Below, one piece after another: positions 37,325 to 50,325 of a stretch of DNA of 64,000 bases. The DNA is from Narcine bancroftii. Taxonomy: Eukaryota. The stretch lies in contig NC_091473.1 of assembly GCF_036971445.1 (NCBI RefSeq), positions 207,638,001-207,702,000 on the forward strand. The letters run 5' to 3'. Each line of letters starts with the position of its first letter. The first letter of the stretch is position 1. The notes under the pieces were generated by a model. The model saw only the letters and a program-made list of their open reading frames with translations. It was not told where the DNA came from and did no database searches. Both the position numbers and the translations under genes were made by a program.

Positions 37325-40300
37325 TTCACCAAGAGAAATGGTTACTTAAACAAACCTTGCTTTTAATTATTTTGAAACATGAAAATAGAAGAAAACTTTA
37401 ACTTATCGCTATTGACTTACTTAACCTAACTTAACCCCCTTCTAATTCTAAGCGCACGTGTATGTAATGTGTGTGTAAGTTCTCTGGTTCTCAGTCCAAT
37501 CTCACTTCTCATTCCTCCAAGTTCACTGATTGCAGGCAATTCTTATACTGTGCACAGAATTTAACATTTATGAAGTTCACCAGGCTTTGGTGCTTGAAAG
37601 GTGAGGTTCTTGTCGGTTTTCAGAGAGACATTTGTTGTACGATGGACACCAGCCACCTCAGTGTCTCGCTGATGAAACTTATCCCCTGTGACAGTACAGG
37701 ATACAATCACCAATGTATATTTTTCTATATTTTTACAGAAAGTGATTGGCTGAGAGCCGGAGCCACACCTACTGGCAGGTCATAAAGGGCTGCTCTGGAC
37801 TGGTCGACCTCAATGTACTACGCTCCAGTCTTTTGTCAATAAAATCGTAGCGCGTCAAATGACTCGAAGACTTGTTGACTCAAATCAAGGCTCATGGACC
37901 TTCTACCTCCCCAAACCCAGAAGGTACTCAAATGCTGCCTGGGTTTTTTTTTCTTATTATGCTCAATGAGTCCCACAGTACCCTGACAAGGCACGGCCTA
38001 ATTAAGTCCACCTCCTTCCCCTTGTCAGCGGAAGCCAGACTGTCTTTTGACCGCATCAAGTCGGATATCACCGTGGTCACTCTGTTCGCAGTAGACATAT
38101 CCTTCCAGGTGGAGACCAATGCGTCTGACTTTGCATTGGCAGCCACCTTAAACTAGGCCGATAAGCCTGTCACCTTCTTTTCTAGGACCCTGCAGGCCCA
38201 GAAAGCCAACACTAATCTGTTGAGCAAGAGGCCCAGGCCAGCAGAGAGGTCGTATGTTGTTGGAGATACTACCTCGCTGGCAGGCGCTTTACACTCCTGA
38301 CCGACCAACGCGCAGTCTCATTTATATTTAGTGGCAGCAGCGGAGTAAGATCAAACATGACAAGATTCCCAGATGGAGAATCAAACTCTCTATCTTCAAC
38401 TACGACATTCAGCACAGGCCTGGCAAACTCAATGACCCGCTGACGTCCTTTCCCATGGGACATGTGCCAGTGTACAACTGGACAGGCTGAATAGATCCAC
38501 GAGGAGCTCTGTCTCCCAGAGGTCACCAGGTCTGCCCACTTTGTAAAGGCCCACAACCTGCCTTATATGGTCGAGGGGATCTACTCCATGACCCGAGCCT
38601 GCCCAGTATGCACTGAGTGCAAGCCCAATTTCTTCTGGCCCGAGAAGACCCAGGTCATTCAAACCACCCAGATCTTCGAACATCTCAGAGTGGACTTCAA
38701 AGGGCCCCTACTGTCGATGAACCGTAACACCTACATTCTCACAGTGATACATGAGTTCTCCTGCTTCCTGTTCGCTATTCCCTGCCCAGACGTGATTGCC
38801 TCTTCAGTCATAAATGCATTCCACAGCATCTTCGCCATTTTCGGGTACTCCAGTTACATCCATAGTGACTGGGGGGTCCGCGTTTATGAGTGCGGAGCTG
38901 AGGCAGTACCTCCTGGAGCATCGAGCAGGACCACGAGCTGCAACCCACATAGTAATGGACAGGTCGAATGGGAGAATGCCACCGTCTGGAAAGCAGTCAC
39001 GCTTTCCCTCTGGTCCAAAGGCAGAATGTCCTCCCAAATGCCCTACACTCCATCAGGTCCCTGTTTTGCACTACCACCAACGCTACTCCGCACGAATGTA
39101 TATTCTCGTTCCCGCGGAAGTCGGAACCGGGAACAACTGCACCAGCATGGCTGACGGTCCCTGAACCTGTCCTGCTGAGAACTCATGTCCGCTACTCGAA
39201 AACAACCCTCTAGTCCACCAGGTAACGCTGTAACATGTGAACCCGCACTATGCCTATATCGAGTACCCGGAAGGGCGGGAGGACACGGTTTGGATAAGGG
39301 ACCTGACCCAAGCCAGGTCTAACATTGTCACGTTCCAACCCCAACCTCCATTCAATCCTCCCCTAGGTTACATGCAGGGACAGTGGGACCAGCAGCACCT
39401 CGCAGATGACAACGGCAGCAGATTGGACCAGTCCTCAGCCAACGACGTCTGTGTACTAGGCGAAACTGCACCCACACCCGGGGTCTCCAGCAATGATATT
39501 CTGCCAGCTACCCCGATCCCGGTGATCATGTGAACAATCAGGCCTCCCGACTGTTACAGCCCGTGAACACTGCATGATATACTTTCCACTTTTTCTTTTA
39601 TTCACTCCGAGGTCAGTTCCTCAAGAAGGGGTGAATATGATAATACAGGATACTATCACCAATGTATATATTTACATATAGTAATAGTGATTGGCTGAGA
39701 GCCGGAGCCACGTCTACTGGCAGGTCATAAAGGGCTGCTCCTAACCAGACCCAGGTCAGTCTGGACTGGTCGACCTCAATGTACTACGCTCCAGTCTTTT
39801 GTTAATAAAAGCCTTGTTAATAAAGTCAACAAGTCTTTGAGTCATTCGATGGGCTACACCCCCTTCAGGTTTCTCCAGATGCCCAGCCACCTCACTGTCT
39901 CTCTGACAAAACTTGCCCCCTTCAGGGTTCTCCAAATGATAACGTCTTTCTTTCAGGTCACCACAGAGTGCCTTTTCCTTTCTCTTCTTGCAAGTGGAAC
40001 ATTAGAGAGCCAGTCCTCTCCTCTTGTATGAACCACAAGGGCTTTGACCAGGCTAAATCAAGCACTTACAACCCATCTTTCACATGGGGTTTTCCACAAG
40101 CTTGCAAGCTTGTCCTGTTCCAGTCCCAGCTGCTGTTGCTGGGTGTAATACTGGAGAAGTAATCTTTGTCTCTCTCTCTTTCTGAGAGAAAGTCTGTTTT
40201 ACTCTCTCTGCTTGCAAAACCACATGACCCACTTAGACCAGTAAGTTCTCTTCCAGACAGAAGGCGACCGACAAGATCTTTCATTTGTTGCATTTTTGTA

Positions 40301-40493
40301 AACAACAATCCATTCGTCAAGTCTCTTGGGCACTCTCTGAATCTCTTGCAAAGACTGTTGGCCCTGACATGTCTAGCAAATGGCAGAGCTCCAGTATTTT
40401 AAATAAGATCTGTTTTAAAGTGTTTGTATGTGACCTACTCAAACAAACCTTTCCCAATTTATCTCCCAAAAACTATCTATATATTCTGTCACA
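37325..40493 (-). mobile_element. LTR-like element (host) interrupted by a Gypsy insertion
   Basis: Minus strand begins TGTGACAGAATATA at 40493. Internal repeat CCAGCCACCTCA.TGTCTC.CTGA..AAACTT..CCCC TTCAGG is split at 37686/39859. The other end is not clear. Confidence 0.55.
37687..39858 (+). mobile_element. Internally deleted Gypsy element with both LTRs
   Basis: 5' LTR from TGTGACAGTACAGG at 37687. PPT AAGAAGGGGTGAA and 3' LTR 39636-39858 ending GCTACA. RNase H (VETNASDFALAATL) and integrase (RVDFKGPL, IHSDWG) remnants; gag/PR/RT missing. Flanks TCCCC/CCCCC. Confidence 0.88.
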
Positions 40494-41403
40494 CAGGGAA
40501 CAACATCTTTGACTCCAAGTGAGCCGATTTTCACTGCAGAGGAGCTGCTTCTCAGAACCCTTTTTTCAGCACGAAATAAGTACAGTTCTGTTTCTTTCCA
40601 AATTAACCTGAACAACTTCAAAGTCAATTTCTTTCAAAATTTATTGTAGAAATAGAGGACTGTTACCCACTGTAATTAGAGATTAGTCAGTTTGGCCAAT
40701 GATTTGAGAATGTGGCTTCAATCAGCAGTGCCCTGATATGAAGAATTGCAAGGTGTTCAGCCCTGTCCTGCAGTCGTGACACCGAGACACAGTCACAGTG
40801 TCCAGTGCCCCAGGTAAGGTCACCATCAGAAAGCCTGGCAGTGTTGGGACTATTCCCCTTATTGTTAGAGAATGCTGATCCTATTCCAATGGCTAATTAT
40901 ATTCACCTTTTGGCAGAATTTAAACAAACACTTTGCCAATTTCTGCACTTGACTGAATTCACTGATTGGAATGAAAATGACACAGTTGTTGCTTTTGCTG
41001 CCAAGTGTTTCAACCAAACGCACAGGAGGAGACAGAGAACCAGTTGGATCCCTGTGTTCAGTCTCACCAACCTGCCGCAGGTTCAGGTTTGTGAAAGGGT
41101 TCGCCACCCTCCCCCATCCACCCGCATTATCTCCTGCCCGTCAGGCTCTGGATGAGAAGGAGGGCTTCCAGTTCCCAACAGGAGTCTGACCAGAAAAATG
41201 ATCTGGTCCTGCAGTGGGTCAGTGGGCTGAGTGACAGTGAGCCAACATTGTTCACAAATAAATGGGCAAGGAATAGGGGGAGTGTGACTGGGGATTGCTC
41301 CTCCCTCTCTTTCAATCATTTTTATTGTTTTTTATAATAAATACACAACAATGAAGAGAAGGGAACAAAACTGAAAATACCTGTACACGATCACCTATCG
41401 AAA

Positions 41404-41405
<2 letters not shown>

Positions 41406-41450
<45 letters not shown>
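41406..41450. repeat. (TG)n microsatellite
   Basis: About 22 uninterrupted TG units. Confidence 0.97.
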
Positions 41451-41453
<3 letters not shown>

Positions 41454-42224
41454 GTCCACGTGGCTTACAATGCCATCACCTTCTGCTGCTGGTAACCCTT
41501 TATATCCTTTCAGCCATGTCATGAATATGTCCATGATTGGTTACGGAAGCAACTGAGGTCATTACAGGACACTGCACATCATCATCTCCTGCTGGGTTCA
41601 GTTCCCACCCATCGTGTCTTCAGTCTTTCTCCTGTCCTTCTGCCACTCAGACTTCAGGCTGCAACATGTGGCAAACAGTTTCTCATGAGAAACATTTGCA
41701 AACGCCTCAGAAAACTCCTCTCAATAAATTCCTGTCTCAGATACTTTAATTGCCTCTTTAATAAGTTCATTGATGTTCCTAAGTTATGATGAGACCTACA
41801 AAAGATTAGTGCTGGATAACAATGAGGAGTGAGGTCTCATAGAGTGGGAATAAACCCAGTGAATCATGGGAAGGTTCCCCCTCTGTGAGCCTCATCCTGC
41901 TTTACTCTCACATTCTATTTTCCCTCTTTGATTCTTCCACACGCTATTTCTCTCTCAGTCAATTTTCTTCCCACTTCAATTTTTGCTTCTGTTTGCAATT
42001 TTCTCCGTCTCCATCTCCATTCTCCTGAGAAGAACAATGGAAAAAAGGAGCAAGAGTAAACTACCAAGCACTTCACGTCCACCCAGCCAGTCAACCTGAA
42101 CATGGCTGATCCACTTTGACCTCAACTCCACTACTGTGCCAGTTACCCAAAGCCCTCAATTCCTTGCTGGGTTTCAGAGGTACTTTTCCTTTCAGTGAGT
42201 TTAACTGTGCCATTGGAATGGAAC

Positions 42225-42690
42225 AGCTTTCTGGTTTGGAAAACAATTCTCTTGAGGCAAGGTTAGCAGAGCTGGGACTTTTGACTTTGGGGTGTAGAAG
42301 GATGAGAGGAGAATTGATAGAGGTCTACAAAATTATGAGAGGCAGAGATTGGGTGGAAAGCTAGCACCCATTTCCCAGGACAGGATCAGGAAACCCCAGA
42401 GGACATATGTACAAAATTAAGGGAGGGAAGTTTAGGGGAGACATAAAGGGCAAGTGTTTTTTACACAGAGAGTTGTGGATGTCTGGAACACCTTGCCAGG
42501 GATGGTGGTAGAGACTGAAACATTAGGGACATTTAAAAGACTCTCAAGGCAAGGACATGGATGAAAGGAAAATAGAAGGTTCTGGGGTAAGGAGGGTTTA
42601 GAACTTTTTTTTGGAAGGAATACATGAGTCGGCACAACATTGAGAGCTGAAGGACCTGTACTGTGTGGAATTGTTCGATGTTCTATGTTA
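42225..42690 (+). mobile_element. CR1 LINE 3' end
   Basis: Encodes EARLAELGLLTLGCRRMRGELIEVYKIMRG; TTCTATG-type tail. Confidence 0.8.
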
Positions 42691-43359
42691 ACAGGTCCTG
42701 ACATTGAAGAGTCCCTTTATTTTATTTCACATTTATACACATGGTGAGCATCAGCCATGGATTCCTCAAACAATGAGGACCCCTGTTGGACACAGTTGTC
42801 ACGTGTGGCTCAGTGGTTAGCAATGGCACCTCTTGGACTGAAGGTGATGGATTCTAACCTCTATCTAGAATTAGGCTTTGCACAGAGGGGCTTTTTCAGA
42901 TAAATCTCAATAATCTCATGACGAGCCCAAAAGAAGAAAATAAGAGCGTTCCCCAGGACCCTGAGCCAATATTTATCACTAAACTAACAATTAAATACAG
43001 AAGATCCAACCGTATTCGATTGGTTATGTGAAGTCTTGCTTCAAGAACATTGTGACAATTGGACTGGGAAAGTCGATGATCTGTCAGCTCACATTCTGTC
43101 ACCCTGACAGTCACATGACACAATGATAATGGAGTTATCGACTCATAATCACAATCCATCCCTGTCCATTAGTCTCCGGCGGGTCCAGGTATGGTGCAAG
43201 GCTACCCAATGATGGAAGGTTTTGCACATCATCGATCCAAAGACACCAATTTCTCCCAAAATGTGCATTTTCCACACAGCACATCCCACATCATTCATTT
43301 CCTGCCTCTCAAAGCCCATCAGCAAAGCACACGCAGAATCATGACATTTTCAAGTTACA

Positions 43360-43365
43360 TTTATT
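43360..43365 (-). terminator. Poly(A) signal of long secreted IgW
   Basis: AATAAA on the minus strand ~250 nt after the CH6-tailpiece stop. Confidence 0.75.
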
Positions 43366-43615
43366 GAACTTCCAAATGATACATGAACACATCCATTGAT
43401 TTGACACATCTTGAGATCCCAGATCATGTTTCAATCTGATCAATGTCTGTAAAGCCATACAGATGCTGAGAAATTTGTGGCTAATGTAATCCTCGAGTCT
43501 CATTTTGTTCTCAATGGTTCAGAAATGTCCAGATCTTAATCATGATAGAAAGTAAAATGATCTTCTTGGACAGTTAATTTTCATCAAACTAACAAAACCA
43601 TTGAATCGTGAGGTA

Positions 43616-44001
43616 TTATGCACAAGAGGTAAAACTATCAGTGAGAACAAGTGAGACATTGACCGAGGTGGGTTTGCTGTGAGATTTATTGATGCTTCTG
43701 AACAGATTAGTTGTGAGCGACTCATGTCCCACCACGCAGGAGAAAGTGGTGCCATGATCCCACTCCTCTGGAGAAACCTTCAACTGACTGGTCATCATGT
43801 TCCAGCCACTTCTGGGGTCCTCGGTCACTGGCTGGTTCACGTAGCCAGTCTTCAGAAGGATGTCGTTGGCCATCCAGGCCACGTAGATGTCTGCAGGAGA
43901 GAACTTCTTGACTAGGCACATCAGGGTTGCAGACTGATCGCCCTCTAACTCTTCTGATGAAGGGGGGAGGAGGAAGATGTGAGGAGAAGTCACAACTCCA
44001 C
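43616..44001 (-). CDS. IgW: IgW CH6 plus secretory tailpiece
   Basis: Acceptor TTCCCAG|, encoding GGVVTSPHIFLLPPSSEE...TLMCLVKKFSPADIYVAW...FSCVVGHE...KPTSVNVSLVLTDSFTSCA*. Tailpiece has the NVS sequon and penultimate Cys. Confidence 0.96.
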
Positions 44002-45095
44002 CTGGGAACAGAACGAACCTCAGTTAGGTTGCATCTTTCAATAATTCTGTGCTGAACCCACACATTGTGCTTTCAAACCAACATGGGCAACTTCTACATC
44101 TTGAGGGATTTCACTTTACCTGACACTGGAGCCTTTTCCCTTTCTACTCATTGTTGGGATGTGCAGGGTGGAAGCCTTGACTCGGACACATTTTAAAGCT
44201 TCCAGAGAGGTTTGTCTGTTTCGTTTAATCAGTGGAAGCCACTGATCACAGAGACTCCACAGAAAGTGGGTCAGACCATGGACTTGACTCATCCTGTGCT
44301 GTTTGGTCCATCTCCCCCTCTGCTTCAATGATCTGCTGAACTTCAGTCTGTGCCTCAGCCTCCCTGCCCTTCCACCCACTGCCTTGACTCAGTCTCTCCC
44401 TCAGGGTTTGAAAGCTGCAGATCCTTCTCCCTCGACATCATCACAGGAACTCACCCCGCAGCTGAGTTTGGTTTTGGATGAGGCTGCTGTGGTGATTTGG
44501 GGTCTTACTGGTTTTCTCTGGAGGCTTCAGTCTTCCTTTGCTCCTTAATATTCTCTGACCAACATGAGAAGACCTTCTCCAAGGCAAAGAAGAATGTGGG
44601 GAGTCTCATGGAAACTATAACATTCTGAACTGATTGGACAGAATCGATACTGGAAGAATGTTCCTGATGGCGGCAGAATCCAGGAACAAGGGTGACAAGC
44701 TGAAGATGGTGTGAGAGGAGGAATGATAGAAAGGAGAATGGTGAACCTAGGGAATTCTCTGCCACAAAGAGCAGTTGAAGCCCAGTGAGTAAATATATCC
44801 AAAGATGAGCTGGATATTGTTCCAAGGGTAAAAGTTCAAGGGGCATGGAGAGAAGTCAGGAATAGGGGGCGCAATTTGAATAATCTGCTTTGATCATATT
44901 GAATGGCTAAGCAGCAATGAAGGGTTGAATGGCCTACTTCTACTCTCTAATTTTCCCTGAGACAACCACACTGCTGAATGGTGACATATGCTTTGCTTCT
45001 GTACATTACACAATGTAAATGACAAAACCTCAGTATTTATTATCATTCCTCTACTTGCTTAGATCAGAATCACACCAAGCTCTCTCTTCACGTAC

Positions 45096-45416
45096 CTGTG
45101 GCCTTCTTAATGGACCTCTTCTCCGGTGTTGGCAAACTCTTGTCCTCCACCACGCACGAGTACTCAGTTCCTATCTCCCACTCCGCAGCGGGCACCGTCA
45201 GTCTGCTGATAATTATGTCTTCACCTCCGTTCCTATTTGGACCCTGAGTTCTCACCCCATCTTTTCTCTCACTTCCATCCACTTGCCAGGTTACCCTGAA
45301 TCCCTCTAAATCACCATGGACCACCTCACATAGAATGGTCGCCGTCCTGTTCATCCAGATCTCTTCGAAGGAAGGTTTTCTTAAAGTGACTGAGGGGCTG
45401 GTATCTGAACAGTCAG
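45096..45416 (-). CDS. IgW: IgW CH5
   Basis: Acceptor TTTCTCCCAG|, 321 nt, donor ACAG|GTACGT. Encodes ADCSDTSPSVTLRKPSFEEIWMNRTATILC...VTWQVDG...EWEIGTEYSCVV. Confidence 0.95.
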
Positions 45417-46451
45417 CTGGGAGAAATGTCATAATTATTATTTTGTAGAGGCTCACTGGAGGCTTAATCGAACCAGCTCAAGAGGTTCCGAGTGATGTCA
45501 TGATATTATTTGGAACGTACGGTGTTTTCAAAATCTGCGCGTGACTGTTTGAGTAAAAGACTTTTACTGAACTTCAACTGGACTATGTCTGATCATTTTC
45601 TCATTCTTCAATACACGCTGTAAACCAGTTGCTACAATTTCACCATTCCCCAAAGGATAGGGCATCACTGGTGAGACCAACATTTCATATTCATCTCCAG
45701 CAAATCATTCGTTGGTCGCATCAGATCAGTCGAGACTTATCTACATTGATGGAGGAATGAGATTTCCCCAATTGAGCAGACAGGGTAAACCCTTGTCAGG
45801 AATATCAATGAACAAATTTGTCTCTGATGTAAGTTGGACAGTTTCAAGGACACTTAAGCTGTTCCCAGCCACTTATTAAAACAAAAACAGAAAATTCCAA
45901 ACAATTCAGGCTGCACCTGTGCAGAGGGAAGCAGAGCTAATATTTTAATTCAGAAATATTCCAGCAATTTTCCTTGACATTTTTAAAATTCAAGCAGCAT
46001 CAGAAATAGTTGATCTTTATTACAACTGTTAAAATGCATTTGGCCTCCATGAAGTGTAACTGAAATCTCTTGCTGCTTTCTCAGAACGTTTTGTGTTCAA
46101 GCCGTCCTGCAGAGGCTTCCACATTGCCCAGGCTAACTCTTCCCATGCTGGAGCAGAGTGCTGTCCTGATGCAGATTCAGTCACGGCTGAGGCCATGACC
46201 AGAGGCCCAGATTACATTCAAAGACAGAAGGAGAGACCATTTGGAAGAGGGATATCCGGGATCTCCAGGGCACCTGGCCAGTGAAATAGTTTGTATTGTG
46301 CTCAAGTTATGAAAGCAATTATTTCTCTGGCCAAGATTCTGGAGGATCCGTTCAGTCATCAAACCATAACAGGTCTGCACCATGTTTCTGTCTGGCACAG
46401 TTTATAGCAAAAAGCAAACAATGTCAACAATGGAGTGGGTCGGGACCTTAC

Positions 46452-46769
46452 CTTGGAGGTTCCTCGCTTCCTTTGTGATGCTGGTGTTGGAGGAGGGATG
46501 AGACACCGTGCAGCTGAAGATTGAGCCTGTCTTCCACTCCTGTGAACTCACCGTCAGGAAGTGGCTGGCACTGAAAGTCCCATCCTGCTCCAGAGCAGTC
46601 TGTGTCCTGCTGGTGTTGGAGGAGATCAGGGAGTGACCTTTCTTCCAGGTGACATCAATGTGGTCTGGGTAGAATCCCGAGACCACACACTCGAGGGTAG
46701 CCACATTCCTATGCTTAGCCTCTTCGTATGGTGGAGGCAGCAGTCTGGCCACAGGAGGTTTTGTCTCAA
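46452..46769 (-). CDS. IgW: IgW CH4
   Basis: Acceptor TTCTGTTCCAG|, 318 nt, donor CAAG|GTAAGG. Encodes VETKPPVARLLPP...TLECVVSGFYPDHIDVTW...FSCTVSHP. Confidence 0.95.
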
Positions 46770-46854
46770 CTGGAACAGAAGAACAAAGAAAACATTGGAC
46801 TCTTTCTCACATCATCACTGATGTTTGTTATTTAATCAGTGATTTCTTACCCAC

Positions 46855-47154
46855 CTTTGGTGCTTTTTGTCCATGCTGAGACTGGTGAGGATAAATGATC
46901 TTGGGCAGAACACATGTACTCCATCCCGCTGGACCACTCCTCCACGCTGGTCTGGAGTCGGCTGATTATTGTGTTTTGGAACCCTTTCCTTCTGGGCTGT
47001 TGGGTCACAGCTGCATCACTTTTATCCTCTCCGTTCACCTCCCAGGAGATGTGGACTTTCTTCGGATCAGCAGAGATGACTGTGCACACCAGAGTAGCTG
47101 TTTTGTTGATCCATATCTCTTGAATGGAGGGATTTTGAATTGAGACAAACAATT
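46855..47154 (-). CDS. IgW: IgW CH3
   Basis: Acceptor ATCCACAG|, 300 nt, donor AAAG|GTGGGT. Encodes ELFVSIQNPSIQEIWINKTATLVC...ISWEVNG...EEWSSGMEYMC. Confidence 0.95.
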
Positions 47155-48961
47155 CTGTGGATCAGAAAGAGGAGATGTCAGAATTGTAGTGGAAACTTTT
47201 CTCTTTGTGATGGAAAGTCAAAGCAGATCCAAGTGCATTGTGGCAGTGAACTGGAAACAAGGTAACAGAAACTCGCAAGGGTGGAAAGGTGTGCTGCAAA
47301 TGTTGGCTGGGAAAATAAACTCAGTATAAAGGACCTGCCAAATGGGTTTAATCGCCTTCCCCACAACTGTGACCACAAGGTTCAGAGCAGGGACTCGATG
47401 GGAGGTGAGAGGCTGAACAACATTTTGATGCTGCAAAGCCAGTCACAGGTTTGTGGGAAGCCAGAAGAGAGGGAAGTGGGCATATTTCTCATCAGAGACA
47501 ATTCAATATCTTCTTCACATGGAGCCCCTGTGGAATGAGTTACCTCCACTGAGCATTGTGAATCAATGAGAATCCTTTTCTCTGGACTGAGGCTGGGATT
47601 CCCTCAGTTTGTATTCAGTTAATAAATGCATCCTGGAATAAAACACTCTCTTTGGTGGTGGGGATTATAAAGTATTTGTGCTGTTATAAAACCCATCTGG
47701 TCCACTGTTGTTCATCACCAGAAGAAATCTGTCATCTATACCTGGTCTGGTTGCATGTGACTCCAGACCTGCAGTTACATGGCCAAGCCCTGGTCCAGCA
47801 AAACCCTCAGTTCAAGAGCGATCAATGAGGGACATGAAATTGTGAATGAATATGATTCCTCTGTGACGGAGCTTTGGGGGCACCTGACATCTGGGTTTGA
47901 ATCAGTTTTCTGTGAGTGTGCTCCAGTGAAGTGGTGCGGTGTTTTAATATTTGAAAATAACTATTTGAAAGAAAGATGTGGACAACTTGCTCTCCAGCAA
48001 CAACAGAGCAAACCATAAATCTGGAGAATAACAGAAATCTCCCTCATGCTGCACTTTGGGAAATTTTTGGAACAGATGTAGTTTCCCCGTTTCATTTTAG
48101 AATCGTTTGTTTCCTGTTTTCTGCAAAGCCACTGGTCTCCTCAAGCACCATCGTCACATCAGTTAAACTGCAGTTCACCATTTACACAATCAGTCACTTT
48201 GGTCCACGAGGGCTGTGTTTGCTTTCAAACACTTTTCAAGGAGGGTGATTATGTTTGTGTCAGGGTTGAAACCTTCACGACATTCAGCGTAAATTCCTCT
48301 ATGGTATTTAGAGCAGATATAATGAACTCTGTGCCTGTCTGGCAGGACACATTTCATTTGATGACATATGATGTTATCTCTTGCTCAACCCATCTTTCTT
48401 TTAACAAGTGTTGAGCAATTTAAAAACATATGACAGGTACCTGGTGTTAGTCCAGATAAGATTTCTCGCAGTGTGTGGTCTGAAGTTTGTAAAGTGAGGT
48501 GTGTGGTGTCAGGGTTATTTCTTTCAGAATATTGGTTTAATCAGTACAGTGATGTTGTTGAACGTTTGTTTGTTGTTCAGTGCCATCCCATATCAATGAC
48601 AAAATCCAATGCTCAGCCATCTCTGGTGAGAGGCAGTTCCCCCTCATAAGTCCTCACAGTGTCAAGATAGCTTTCCTTTTTGCAAAGTGCTGATATTATT
48701 CTATTAACCTTTGGGTGATTACACCCACACACTCCCCTCAGTGGCATTCCTTGTGATCACTGAGTTTCTCTCTTGGACTGAGTTCAGTGTCCAGGAAGTG
48801 AGTGAACAAAATGCTTCCAATGTTTGCTGTCCATCCCTTTCACACCAAGCGCGTGAGTTTGGTCAGGTCACTGGTGGGGTCCTGTGGTTTGTCTCACTGA
48901 TTTGTCACAGGCCCCTTTTCTTACAGGTTGTCACATTCTGTAACTGAGCCAAGGTGACATT

Positions 48962-49032
48962 TCACCCCTGTATATCTTCAGCACCTCCTCCCCAAGCCAC
49001 TGGCTGAGATGTAGTTTCTGGTTCTTGCTGAC
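48962..49032 (-). CDS. Candidate alternative Cys-free terminal (secretory) exon after CH2
   Basis: Strong acceptor CCCACTTCCCTTCACCACCTTCTTTCCAG|. Phase-1 reading gives GQQEPETTSQPVAWGGGAEDIQG*. ATTAAA at 48536-48541. Confidence 0.35.
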
Positions 49033-49260
49033 CTGGAAAGAAGGTGGTGAAGGGAAGTGGGGCTGGGATCTGAATCACACTGAACCAGCAATGTCCACAA
49101 ATGAATGAGTGTACATGTGAGGTGTGGAGTGGGGATGGGGCAGCTTGAATTGATGCCTTGTTCTCTGCTGCACTTTGATCTCAGTGGATATGGTGGGATA
49201 GATTTGAATCCAGAAAATGGATTGTAATAAAATTCACTGACGAATTCCACATGCAGCCAA

Positions 49261-49388
49261 TCACTTTATTTGACACTTTCCTTGTGAACAATGATACGGT
49301 CGGGTGGTACCATCAGAGAATGTCACATTGACATTAGTCTGCTGGAAGAATATCGGCACACACGTCGAACAGCTGGGACAGTTTTTAT
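49261..49388 (-). CDS. IgW: IgW-short cysteine-rich secretory tail exon (follows CH2)
   Basis: Acceptor CTTCCATTTTCAG|. Phase 1 gives DKNCPSCSTCVPIFFQQTNVNVTFSDGTTRPYHCSQGKCQIK* (5 Cys), resembling the skate/shark 2-C-domain IgW/IgX tail. Too short for the ORF track. Confidence 0.9.
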
Positions 49389-50022
49389 CTGAAAATGGAA
49401 GATGCATAGATTTAACCATTAGATATTCTCTCCTCTACTGGCTGCACTGAGAAAGGAAGTAGCTCCACACAGTCCCGACCTCTATTCTCTGCATTCACCA
49501 TCTTTTAGGGATGAGATAATGAAAACCAATGATGACCTGTTGTCCCAAGTTCTAATCCCAGTGTTTCTGAGGGGTTGGCCAACAGAATAATAATCCATCT
49601 TTGTGAGTGGATGACGTGCCAGGGAGATTCCTGGGATACTGTGGAGATAGACTGTGGAGATTCATTCACTCGGCTGGAGCTATTTTTCCAGAAACTGAGA
49701 CTGCAAAGTGAAAAGTGAAGGTGGAGATCTTCTCCACATGGTCTATCGGTTGGGACACATCTTGCTTGATGTCCCATTTCCCTTTCACTCCACACAGTAA
49801 CCACAAGAATTATGTGGGAGTAAGTGCACAGGAGACTTAAACTTTCACTTTTGCTGTACAACAGATTGGGTTAAAATTAGTGACGGAAAGGGTTGGATTG
49901 AAATGTAGAGGGAATAAATATCACACCTCACTCAACAGGACTCCCATCGGGGACATGAATTGAGTGGAGGTCAGCTAGTTGAATACTGTAAGTAAATTAA
50001 TTCTCCTTCAGACACCACTCAC

Positions 50023-50325
50023 CCCCCTGATATCTCATGACGATCTTCTCACTGAAGCTGGAAGGTTTATGGGTCACTTCACAAGAATATTCTTGTTCGC
50101 TGGTCCATTCATCCACAGACAAGGTCAGGTAGGCAACAGTTTCAAATCCACCATCAGTTTTCATGGAAGGGAGAAGAGTGCCCACTTGCTCTGATTTGCC
50201 TTTTTTCCAGGTCACCTGAATCTTGTCAGGTGAGAATCCAGATATCACACAGCCTAGGATAGCAGTTGTTTGATTGCTGAGAACCTCCGGGGATGGAACA
50301 AGAGGCATGAGCTTTGGAGATTGAG
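50023..50325 (-). CDS. IgW: IgW CH2
   Basis: Acceptor TTTTACAG|, 303 nt, donor GGG|GTGAGT. Encodes TQSPKLMPLVPSPEVLSNQTTAILGCVISGFSPDKIQVTW...EYSCEVTH. Confidence 0.95.

Noticed and set aside
41150-41260. Hydrophobic patch (IIFLVRLLL) as a second TM exon
   Set aside because: No antigen-receptor TM motif and no convincing splice sites.
45900-45940. Acceptor-like site between CH4 and CH5 giving GAA*
   Set aside because: Looks like part of a dispersed repeat; only three codons.
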